Below, piece after piece: positions 7,533 through 14,795 of a DNA stretch of 37,571 bases (position 1 is the first letter of the stretch; the number at the start of each line of letters is the position of its first letter). The position numbers and the translations under genes were made by a program. The notes under the pieces were generated by a model, which was not told the origin of the DNA, did no database searches, and saw only the letters and a list, made by a program, of their open reading frames with translations. The stretch lies in the NCBI GenBank assembly GCA_900553475.1, contig USEF01000001.1:1-37571 (forward strand), given 5' to 3'. Origin of the DNA: an uncultured Collinsella sp. (lineage in GTDB: Bacteria > Actinomycetota > Coriobacteriia > Coriobacteriales > Coriobacteriaceae).

Positions 7533-10310
7533 ATGGCACAGGAATTCACTTTTACCGTTAACGGCGTCGAGCGCACGACGACGGAGAATAAACCGCTGCT
7601 GCGCTACCTGCGCGACGACCTGCATATCCATTCCGCCAAGGACGGCTGCTCCGAAGGTGCTTGCGGTACCTGCACCATCCATGTGGACGGTGCGGCCGTC
7701 AAGGCGTGCGTGCTGACCACTGCTCTTGCTGCCGGTCGCAACATCGTAACCGTCGAGGGCCTGCCCGAGGACGTGCGCGAGGCCTTTGTGTACGCCTTTG
7801 GCGCCGTGGGCGCCGTGCAGTGCGGTTTTTGCATTCCCGGCATGGTCATGGCGGGCGCAGCGCTCATCGCCGAGGACCCCGAGCCCACCGAGGAGCAGAT
7901 TAAGTACGCCATTCGCGGTAACGTCTGCCGCTGCACCGGCTACAAAAAGATTATCGAGGGCATCTCGCTGGCCGCTGCGGTGCTCCGCGGCGAAAAGCAG
8001 ATCGATGAGGACCTGGAGCGCGGCGATGACTACGGCGTGGGCAAGCGCGCCTTCCGTATCGACGTGCGCAAGAAGGTGCTCGGCGAGGGCAAGTATCCCG
8101 ACGACATCGACGAGCTCGATCAGCCGGGCCTGACCTATGCCAGCGCCGTGCGCTCCAAGTATCCGCGCGCCCGCGTGCTCTCCATCGACACCTCCAAGGC
8201 CGAGGCCCTGCCCGGTGTGGTGGGCATCCTGCGCGCCGAGGACGTGCCGGTCAACCAGGTCGGCCACCTTATCCAGGACTGGGACGTCATGATCGCCCAG
8301 GGCGATATCACCCGCTGCGTGGGTGACGCCATCGTGCTGGTGGTTGCCGAGGACGAGGCGACGCTCGAGAAGGCCAAGAAGCTCGTAAAGATTGACTACG
8401 AGCCGCTGGAGCCCGTGCGCAACATTGTCGAGGCCAAGGCCGCCGACGCCCCGCGCCTGCACGACAGCTTCTTTGCCTTTGGCAACACGGTGGAGCTCAA
8501 GGACAACGTGTGCCAGAGCCGTCACGTGACGCGCGGCGACGCCGCCAAGGCGCTGGCAGAAAGCGCGTTTACCGTGACGCAGCGCTTTACCACGCCCTTT
8601 ACCGAGCATGCCTTCTTGGAGCCCGAGTGCGCCGTCGCCTTCCCGTACAAGAACGGCGTCAAGGTGCAGTCGACCGACCAGGGTGCCTACGACACGCGCA
8701 AAGAGTGTGCCCACATGTTTGGCTGGGACAACGAGCCCGAGCGCGTGGTCGTCGAGACCATGCTTGTGGGCGGCGGCTTTGGCGGCAAGGAGGACGTGTC
8801 CATCCAGCACCTGGCCGCGCTCGCCGCATATAAGTTCCAGCGTCCCGTGAAGTGCAAACTCACGCGCGCCGAGTCGCTCGCGTTCCATCCCAAGCGCCAC
8901 GCCATGGACGGCACCTTTACGCTGGGCTGCGACGCCGAGGGCAACTTTACCGGTCTGGACTGCGAGATCAACTTTGACACCGGCGCCTACGCGTCGCTGT
9001 GCGGCCCGGTGCTCGAGCGTGCCTGCACGCATGCCGTCGGCCCCTACAAGTACCAGAACACCGACATTCGCGGCTTTGGCTACTACACCAACAACCCGCC
9101 CGCCGGCGCGTACCGCGGCTTTGGCGTTTGCCAGTCCGAGTTTGCGCTCGAGAGCCTGATCGACCTGCTGGCAGAGAAGGTCGGCCTGGATCCGTGGGAG
9201 ATTCGTTACCGAAACGCTATCGAGCCGGGCGAGGTTTTGCCCAACGGCCAAATTGCCGATTGCTCCACGGCGCTGAAGGAGACGCTGCTCGAGGTCAAGG
9301 ATGCCTACTATGCGCATCCCGGACACGCCGGCATTGCCTGCGCCATGAAGAACGCCGGCGTGGGCGTGGGCCTGCCCGATGCCGGCCGCTGCAAGATTCG
9401 CATCGAGGACGGCGTGGCCGTGGTCTATGCCGCCACGTCCGACATCGGCCAGGGCTGCAACACCGTCTTTTTGCAGGACGTTGCCGAGGCATGCGGTCTG
9501 CCGCTTCGCTGCATTGCCAACGGCGAGTGCTCCACCGAGAACGCTCCCGACTCCGGCACCACGTCTGGCTCGCGTCAGACGGTCGTGACCGGCGAGGCCG
9601 TGCGCGGCGCCGCCTTCCTGCTGCGCGATGCCATGGTTGGCATCGAGGCGGGCAAGCCTGCACCCGATGCTCCCGTGAGCGCGCATGGCGACGGCGTCAA
9701 GATCGAGTACGACGACGGTCGCGCCTATCAGCTGCGCGCGCAGGAGCTCGTCGCCGGCCAAGGTATGCATCCTCAGGATCCCGCGGCCGCCATCAAGGCG
9801 CTCGAGGGATGCGAGTTTGGCTACGTGTATCTGGAGCCGACCGACAAGCTGGGTGCGGATGTTCCCAATCCCAAGAGCCACATCTGCTACGGCTTTGCCA
9901 CACATGTGGTCATTCTGGACGATGACGGCCGCGTGAGCGAGATCTATGCTGCGCACGATTCCGGCAAGGTGGTCAACCCCATCTCCATCCAGGGTCAGAT
10001 CGAAGGCGGCGTGCTCATGGGTATGGGCTATGCGCTTACCGAGGACTGGCCGCTCAAGGACTGCGTGCCCCAGGCAAGGTACGGTACGCTCGGGTTGTTC
10101 CGTGCGCCCGAGATTCCGGATATCCACGCCATTTACGTGGAGAAGGACGAGCTGCTGCCTGTGGCATACGGCGGCAAGGGCATCGGCGAGATCGCAACGA
10201 TCCCCACGGCGCCCGCCGTACAGAATGCTTACCGCGCGTTTGACGGCAAGCTGCGTCCCGATCTGCCCATGGTGGATACGCCCTACAGCCGCGTTCGCAA
10301 CCGCGGGTAG
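7533..10310 (+). CDS. xdh: Selenium-dependent xanthine dehydrogenase-like molybdenum hydroxylase (2Fe-2S + Moco domains fused)
   Basis: KDGCSEGACGTCT, VQCGFCIPG and GNVCRCTGY 2Fe-2S motifs; GGGFGGK, AYRGFG, GQIEGG and KGIGE Moco-domain motifs. No FAD domain visible. Confidence 0.9.
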   Translation: MAQEFTFTVNGVERTTTENKPLLRYLRDDLHIHSAKDGCSEGACGTCTIHVDGAAVKACVLTTALAAGRNIVTVEGLPEDVREAFVYAFGAVGAVQCGFCIPGMVMAGAALIAEDPEPTEEQIKYAIRGNVCRCTGYKKIIEGISLAAAVLRGEKQIDEDLERGDDYGVGKRAFRIDVRKKVLGEGKYPDDIDELDQPGLTYASAVRSKYPRARVLSIDTSKAEALPGVVGILRAEDVPVNQVGHLIQDWDVMIAQGDITRCVGDAIVLVVAEDEATLEKAKKLVKIDYEPLEPVRNIVEAKAADAPRLHDSFFAFGNTVELKDNVCQSRHVTRGDAAKALAESAFTVTQRFTTPFTEHAFLEPECAVAFPYKNGVKVQSTDQGAYDTRKECAHMFGWDNEPERVVVETMLVGGGFGGKEDVSIQHLAALAAYKFQRPVKCKLTRAESLAFHPKRHAMDGTFTLGCDAEGNFTGLDCEINFDTGAYASLCGPVLERACTHAVGPYKYQNTDIRGFGYYTNNPPAGAYRGFGVCQSEFALESLIDLLAEKVGLDPWEIRYRNAIEPGEVLPNGQIADCSTALKETLLEVKDAYYAHPGHAGIACAMKNAGVGVGLPDAGRCKIRIEDGVAVVYAATSDIGQGCNTVFLQDVAEACGLPLRCIANGECSTENAPDSGTTSGSRQTVVTGEAVRGAAFLLRDAMVGIEAGKPAPDAPVSAHGDGVKIEYDDGRAYQLRAQELVAGQGMHPQDPAAAIKALEGCEFGYVYLEPTDKLGADVPNPKSHICYGFATHVVILDDDGRVSEIYAAHDSGKVVNPISIQGQIEGGVLMGMGYALTEDWPLKDCVPQARYGTLGLFRAPEIPDIHAIYVEKDELLPVAYGGKGIGEIATIPTAPAVQNAYRAFDGKLRPDLPMVDTPYSRVRNRG

Positions 10311-10491
10311 GGTAGGGCGCGGACGGTCGTTGCCGACGAGCTGTTCGCGCTCAACATCAACTGCATATGCTGCGCCTTTGGCCCCAGCTCCATCGCGAGC
10401 CGGGGCCCTTTGTTTGGAGTGGAAACTGCGTCCCGGAATTCGGGCAATCCGGTGGTCAGGGGTTGAGTGAGCGTCGCGCTAAGGATGCCAA

Positions 10492-10590
10492 GCGTAAAAC
10501 CTTCAATGAAAATGGCGTAAAAACTACATCTGTCATGGCGTAAAAACTACATTGAAAGTAGCGTAAAATCAGCATTGAGAATGGCGTAAT
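10492..10590 (+). repeat. Five degenerate direct repeats with exact 23-bp period (core GCGTAAAA)
   Basis: GCGTAA starts at 10492, 10515, 10538, 10561 and 10584. Units: gcgtaaaaccttcaatgaaaatg / gcgtaaaaactacatctgtcatg / gcgtaaaaactacattgaaagta / gcgtaaaatcagcattgagaatg / gcgtaat. Confidence 0.9.
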
Positions 10591-10625
10591 TTCGCATATC
10601 GCGTGATAGAGAGGGACGGCCGTCT

Positions 10626-11921
10626 ATGGATGCACCAAAGAGATTGACCCAAAAGGGATATAGGCCCCGGCTCATAGAGGAACGCCTCGACACCCTTATG
10701 CGGGCGTTTGGCTGTGTGGAGATCAACGGCCCCAAATGGTGCGGCAAGACCTGGACGGCGCTCTCTCGCTCGGCGAGCGTCTCCAGGCTCGATGAGCCTG
10801 CGCAGCGTGCGGCGGCAGAGGTCGACCCAAGCCTAGCGCTCATCGGCGATGCGCCACACCTGGTCGATGAATGGCAGGAGGTGCCCGAGGTTTGGGATGC
10901 CGCCCGGCGTTTCGTGGACGCGAGCGGCAACGAACGGGGGGCACTTTTGCTCACGGGCTCGACCGCGCTCAAAAGCGAGGAGCGCAGCCATGTTCGTCAT
11001 TCCGGCACGGGTAGGATCGCCCGTCTGTCAATGCGCCCCATGGCCCTGTGTGAGTCGGGCGACGGCGAGCCGCTCGTGTCACTGACAAGCCTCTTTAAGG
11101 GCGAGGGTTTTGCCCCTCAGCGTCGCGAGAGCACGGTGGATGACGTCGCCCGCTGGTGCTGCAGGGGCGGTTGGCCTGCAAATCTTGGGCTTTCGGAAGA
11201 TCTTGCGCGAGAGACGGCAAGCCAGTACGTGCACTCGGTGCTCGACGTCAACGTGCTGGACGAGGGCATGTCGCCCGAGCTTGCACACGGCCTTTTGCGA
11301 GCTCTTGCCATGAACGAGAGCCAGGCTGTCACGTACAAGACGCTCGTAAAGGACGCCTCGTACGGTGAGGCGGGCCCCGACGAGAGGACCATTGCTGCGT
11401 ACTTGGACCTCTTTAACAGGCTCAAGCTGACCGAGGACCTGTGCGGATGGGAGCCGCCCATGCGCTCGAAGGCCCGCGTTCGTGTGCGCCCCAAGCGCTA
11501 CTTCTGTGACCCGTCACTTGCGGCGGCGTTGCTGGGGGCTACCCCTGAGCGGCTGCTTGGCGATATGCAAACGCTGGGGATGCTCTTTGAGAATCTCGTC
11601 CTGCGCGACGTGCGCGTGTTCCTTTCCACCTACGGCGGTGTCGACAACAGCGTCCATTATTTCCGAGATGAGAAGGGCCTTGAGGTGGATCTGATCCTTG
11701 AGCACGACGGGCGCTGGGGAGCCATCGAGGTCAAGCTGAGTGATGCGAAAGCAGACGATGGAGCGAGAAATCTCAAGGCGCTGGAGAGGAAAGTGCTCTC
11801 CAATCCTGCCGCCCAGAATGCCGCGCCGGCGTTTTTGGCGGTCGTGGTTGGAAAGGGGAGCATTGCCTACACGCGCGACGACGGCGTGGCGGTGATCCCC
11901 ATGGCGGCACTTGGGGCGTAG
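10626..11921 (+). CDS. AAA+ ATPase (AAA_14-like) with C-terminal DUF4143 / PD-(D/E)xK nuclease-like domain
   Basis: Walker A GPKWCGKT, Walker B LVDEWQ, LLTGS, GGWP, PKRYFCDPSL, GMLFENLV and C-terminal EVDLIL...AIEVK. Confidence 0.9.
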   Translation: MDAPKRLTQKGYRPRLIEERLDTLMRAFGCVEINGPKWCGKTWTALSRSASVSRLDEPAQRAAAEVDPSLALIGDAPHLVDEWQEVPEVWDAARRFVDASGNERGALLLTGSTALKSEERSHVRHSGTGRIARLSMRPMALCESGDGEPLVSLTSLFKGEGFAPQRRESTVDDVARWCCRGGWPANLGLSEDLARETASQYVHSVLDVNVLDEGMSPELAHGLLRALAMNESQAVTYKTLVKDASYGEAGPDERTIAAYLDLFNRLKLTEDLCGWEPPMRSKARVRVRPKRYFCDPSLAAALLGATPERLLGDMQTLGMLFENLVLRDVRVFLSTYGGVDNSVHYFRDEKGLEVDLILEHDGRWGAIEVKLSDAKADDGARNLKALERKVLSNPAAQNAAPAFLAVVVGKGSIAYTRDDGVAVIPMAALGA

Positions 11922-11963
11922 CGGTTTTGCGGGCGTGCCGTGCTTCCTTTACCGAAAATCCAT

Positions 11964-11992
11964 TTGGTAAACCTGGCACCCGTGGGTAGAAT
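11964..11992 (+). promoter_or_regulatory. Sigma70-type promoter for the candidate antisense RNA
   Basis: TTGGTA (11964-11969), 17 bp, TAGAAT (11987-11992). No ORF or RBS follows before a terminator. Confidence 0.65.
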
Positions 11993-11996
11993 AAGG

Positions 11997-12083
11997 TCGA
12001 CGGCAGCCCAAGGGTGATAGCTGGGCAGCGCCGTTACTTCGATTAAGGGGTCAATGCCTTAGAGGCGTCGACCCCTCTTTTTC
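11997..12083 (+). ncRNA. Candidate antitoxin antisense sRNA (~85 nt)
   Basis: Bounded by the promoter above and an intrinsic terminator. Complementary in cis to the last codons and 3' UTR of the 41-aa ORF on the minus strand. Confidence 0.6.
12046..12082 (+). terminator. Intrinsic terminator of the candidate sRNA
   Basis: AGGGGTC-a-ATGCCT-tag-AGGCGT-c-GACCCCT hairpin followed by CTTTTT. Confidence 0.7.
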
Positions 12084-12184
12084 TGCTTCGTACGCTGCTT
12101 GAGTGCCTCGGTAAGTCCGATAAGCGCCGTGAGGAGCGAGACCAAAGCGGTCAGGAGCTTCACGAAATCAGTCAGATCGGTCAT
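12059..12184 (-). CDS. 41-aa hydrophobic peptide with basic tail, candidate type I toxin
   Basis: Below the ORF-track size cut-off; translated by hand: MTDLTDFVKLLTALVSLLTALIGLTEALKQRTKQKKRGRRL*. Strong SD GGGAGGTG 6 nt before the ATG, and an extended -10 TGaTAGAAT at 12257-12249. Confidence 0.72.
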   Translation of the reverse strand: MTDLTDFVKLLTALVSLLTALIGLTEALKQRTKQKKRGRRL

Positions 12185-12274
12185 GGGCATCACCTCCCGT
12201 CGCATGGAGGGCGCTGCCCGGCACATGGAACTGCCGTCAACAACTGCAATTCTATCAAAGTACTGCTATAAATA

Positions 12275-12288
12275 CGAATATATGTTCG
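12275..12288. promoter_or_regulatory. LexA/SOS box-like site (Gram-positive type)
   Basis: CGAATATATGTTCG versus consensus CGAAC-N4-GTTCG, one mismatch. Lies between the divergent peptide and exonuclease genes. Confidence 0.6.
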
Positions 12289-12441
12289 ATAATAACAGTG
12301 ACGTGATTCTCTCAAAGTGTGGCTTTACGCAAAGATGCCGGAAAGCCGTGCTGTGCGATTTCATGTCCGCACGGGCGGCTATCCTTACGGCAATGTAGCC
12401 GCCTATGTAGCAAGCGGCAGGCAACGGAGAAAGGCCTAACC

Positions 12442-13176
12442 GTGTCAGCTGAAAAGACGCCGTGCATCTCGGCTATCGATACGACAAACTTTGCGCGCCA
12501 GATTGTGCTGGACTTTGAGTTTGCGCCGGTGCCAAAGCAGCGCCAACGCCGTGGGTTGCGCAACGAGATTATCGAGGTCGGCGCCGTCAAGCTCGATTAC
12601 CACGGCAACGTTATGGGCGAGTTCTCGCAGTTTGTGCAGACGGAATTTACCGAAGGCGTTACGTATCCCGTCCGCGAGCTCACAGGGATATCGGCCGTGG
12701 ATACCGCGATGGCCGATCCGCTCTACATGGTGATTAAAAGGCTCAGCGATTGGATCGGTCGCTACTCCGCCCAAGTGGTTTGCTGAAGCGGGGCAGATCG
12801 TCGACAGCTTTTGACCGAGTGCCAGGCAAAGCATATCGACCTTGCCGCATTTCCTACGGACTGGGCCGACCTGCAGGCGTTTTACACCTCGATTATGGAC
12901 GTGGGCAGCCACGGGCGCGTCTCTTTGAGTGACGCGGCGACGTGGTTTGGCATCGAGTTCGACGAGTCGACGGGTCACGCCCACAGTGCCCTGGCCGATG
13001 CGCGCGTGACCGCCAAGCTGTTCAAGCAGGTGATGGACGGGGATTACCGCGTGAGCCCGCGCGCCCAAGAAGTCCGCCAGCAGTGGGGGATGGGCGAGCG
13101 AGCCCAAACGTGCTTTTCCAGCAAGTGCCCCGAGCTGGGCGACCTGCTGCTGAAGCTGAAGGCGGAGGGGAGGTAG
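12442..13176 (+). pseudogene. DEDDh 3'-5' exonuclease (KapD/ERI-1/DnaQ-like) interrupted by one in-frame TGA at 12784-12786
   Basis: AGAAAGG RBS then GTG 12442. Motifs VLDFEF, NEIIEVGAV, ELTGI, then VVC*SGAD, and in the same frame DLQAFY and AHSALADARVTAKLF. The two ORF-track pieces are one reading frame. Confidence 0.82.
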
Positions 13177-13221
13177 GCCTTTTGAGAACGCCATTCGGTT
13201 TCGCGTGGCGGGTGCGTTCGT

Positions 13222-13515
13222 CTACACCCTCGCAATCCCACGCGCGGCACTCAACAGCTCGTACTCCCTCTGGCTCCACTGGTACAGCTCGGTCGCGCGT
13301 ACGGCGTCGCGGCACAGGTCTAGAAACACCTCGGCGCCCTCGCAGAAGCACTCGCGGACAAAGGCGCCGGATCCGTCCGCAACGCACGCGCCGTCGGCAA
13401 AGAGCTTCCAGCTGGACGGCTCGCGCGAGTCGTCTCCGAGCAGCTTGATCTGCAGAACATGTGGGCCGCCAGCGGCACATGGCCCTTCTTCCAACGCCTG
13501 CACCGTAAAGCGCAT
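13222..13515 (-). CDS. Hypothetical protein (97 aa)
   Basis: Protein-like composition and codon usage; fills the gap convergent to the exonuclease. No clear RBS, but TATACT lies 12 nt upstream of the ATG. Confidence 0.55.
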   Translation of the reverse strand: MRFTVQALEEGPCAAGGPHVLQIKLLGDDSREPSSWKLFADGACVADGSGAFVRECFCEGAEVFLDLCRDAVRATELYQWSQREYELLSAARGIARV

Positions 13516-13536
13516 CTGGAGGGACAGAGTATAAAA

Positions 13537-13615
13537 TCCGGAAAAGTGTCGAAATAGGCACCTTAAAACTTCGAAAAAGTGTCAAATTCGATAGGAAAAT
13601 TATCCGGAAAAGTGT
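13537..13615. repeat. Three direct repeats with exact 33-bp period (core TYCGRAAAAGTGT)
   Basis: tccggaaaagtgtc at 13537, ttcgaaaaagtgtc at 13570, tccggaaaagtgta at 13603. Confidence 0.85.
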
Positions 13616-13685
13616 AGCTGGATGACAAAACAGCACTTAGAAGCCGGTGCTGGATGCGGGATCCTGCGGCCGCCTTCAGCCCTCG

Positions 13686-14672
13686 CTACTCGTCGTCCCC
13701 GTCGTTGGGGTCGCCCTTGAGGGTGTTGATGTCCAGGTACTGGTTATCGTCCTCTTTTTGCTGGGTCTCCGACTCCGCTTGGGTGGGGCCGCGGAACAGC
13801 TGGAATCCCTCAAACGCAATGACACCGAGCAGGGCAATGATAATGGCGATAAAGGCAACCTTGACTGCCTGCGGAAATACCGAGAAACGCAGCGCCTTTT
13901 CCTCGGCGTAATAATCGGCGAAGCGCTCTTCGCCCGTGCTTTTGGTATGTGCCGGCGCGGACGCGGCCTCCGGGTCATATTCCGGTGCAGGCGTGGCAGC
14001 GTACGGATCGTTGAGATAATCGCTCGATGCGGTGCCATAATCCTCGGTCTCGATGCGACCGGTGCCAGCATAGCCATCGGAATAACCGGAATATGCCGCA
14101 CCGCCCTCATAGTCCGCGGCGCTCGTGTTGGCGGCAAAAAGCGGGTTAACTGGAACATCGAGCGCCGGCATGCCGGTAGAGGTCTCATCCAGATCGGTTG
14201 CAGCCCAGGAATCGTAGGCAACCTGATGGGCAACGGGCTCATCGAGCCTTGCGACCGGAGGCTTGCGTGCCGCAGGAATAGGCAACTGCTGGGCGCTGTA
14301 CATAACAGTGCTGTCGGCCGATTTGCCCTGCGTCGCTGCAGCGAGAAATGCCGCCGTCTCGGACGGGTCGCTTGCGGGGCGGGGAGCGGTCGTGGGCGCC
14401 GAAGTGGGTGCGGGCGTAGGCGCGGGCGTCGAAACAGGCGACTGCGCAGGAGTCGGTGCAGATGCGGGCTTAGGCGCAAGCGCGGGATCGGGGCTTGACG
14501 GGCGGGCCCCGCCGCCCATGAGTTCGTCGGCGGTCCACGGGCGATCAACCATCACGTCGTCAAGGCTCAGCGAAAACAGGTCGTCTTCACCCTCATCGAA
14601 CATGCGGTGCACATGTCCACCAATTGCCGGAATCAATCCGCGACCGGTGCATGATGCCTTGCTCAACGCCAT
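13686..14672 (-). CDS. Hypothetical single-pass membrane protein with long Pro/Ala/acidic low-complexity region
   Basis: GAAAGGA RBS before ATG 14672 (MALSKASCTGRG). PAPTPA-type repeats and one TM helix near the C-terminus (VAFIAIIIALLGVIAF). Confidence 0.75.
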   Translation of the reverse strand: MALSKASCTGRGLIPAIGGHVHRMFDEGEDDLFSLSLDDVMVDRPWTADELMGGGARPSSPDPALAPKPASAPTPAQSPVSTPAPTPAPTSAPTTAPRPASDPSETAAFLAAATQGKSADSTVMYSAQQLPIPAARKPPVARLDEPVAHQVAYDSWAATDLDETSTGMPALDVPVNPLFAANTSAADYEGGAAYSGYSDGYAGTGRIETEDYGTASSDYLNDPYAATPAPEYDPEAASAPAHTKSTGEERFADYYAEEKALRFSVFPQAVKVAFIAIIIALLGVIAFEGFQLFRGPTQAESETQQKEDDNQYLDINTLKGDPNDGDDE

Positions 14673-14795
14673 TCTGTTCCATCCTTTCGAAATACTAATG
14701 ACATCGATTATATGGAACTTCCCAAGCGGCTCGGTCTTGGATTCGTGCTTTCCAGAACTCGCGCCCAAAAGGGGAGGGGCAATCCAGGCGAGTGC

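Noticed and set aside
7005..10127. 1040-aa minus-strand ORF (also 19969-22530, 899-2275, 2400-3716, 15595-16971, 17129-18655, 18701-20038, 25838-27151, 28748-30133, 33508-34959)
   Set aside because: Antisense shadows of well-supported plus-strand genes, expected from high-GC codon bias. They carry no recognisable motifs.
10492..10590. 23-bp and 33-bp (13537-13615) arrays as CRISPR arrays
   Set aside because: Cores are only 8-13 bp, units are too short for repeat plus spacer, and there are no cas genes in the window.
12099..12398. 99-aa plus-strand ORF overlapping the toxin candidate
   Set aside because: TTG start without RBS, runs through promoter and SOS-box DNA, and lies antisense to a better-supported ORF with a strong SD.
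12784..12830. Selenocysteine recoding of the exonuclease TGA, tempting given the selenium-linked locus
   Set aside because: The position corresponds to a Trp rather than a catalytic Cys, and no convincing SECIS hairpin follows. The yqeB/yqeC system uses a labile Se cofactor, not Sec, and no selA/selB/selC is visible.
12445..13194. 249-aa minus-strand ORF as the real gene instead of the broken exonuclease
   Set aside because: The DEDDh motifs and RBS are on the plus strand; this ORF is its shadow.
10311..14795. Prophage, ICE or IS as the origin of the accessory patch
   Set aside because: No integrase, transposase, phage gene, tRNA target or flanking att-like direct repeat was found.
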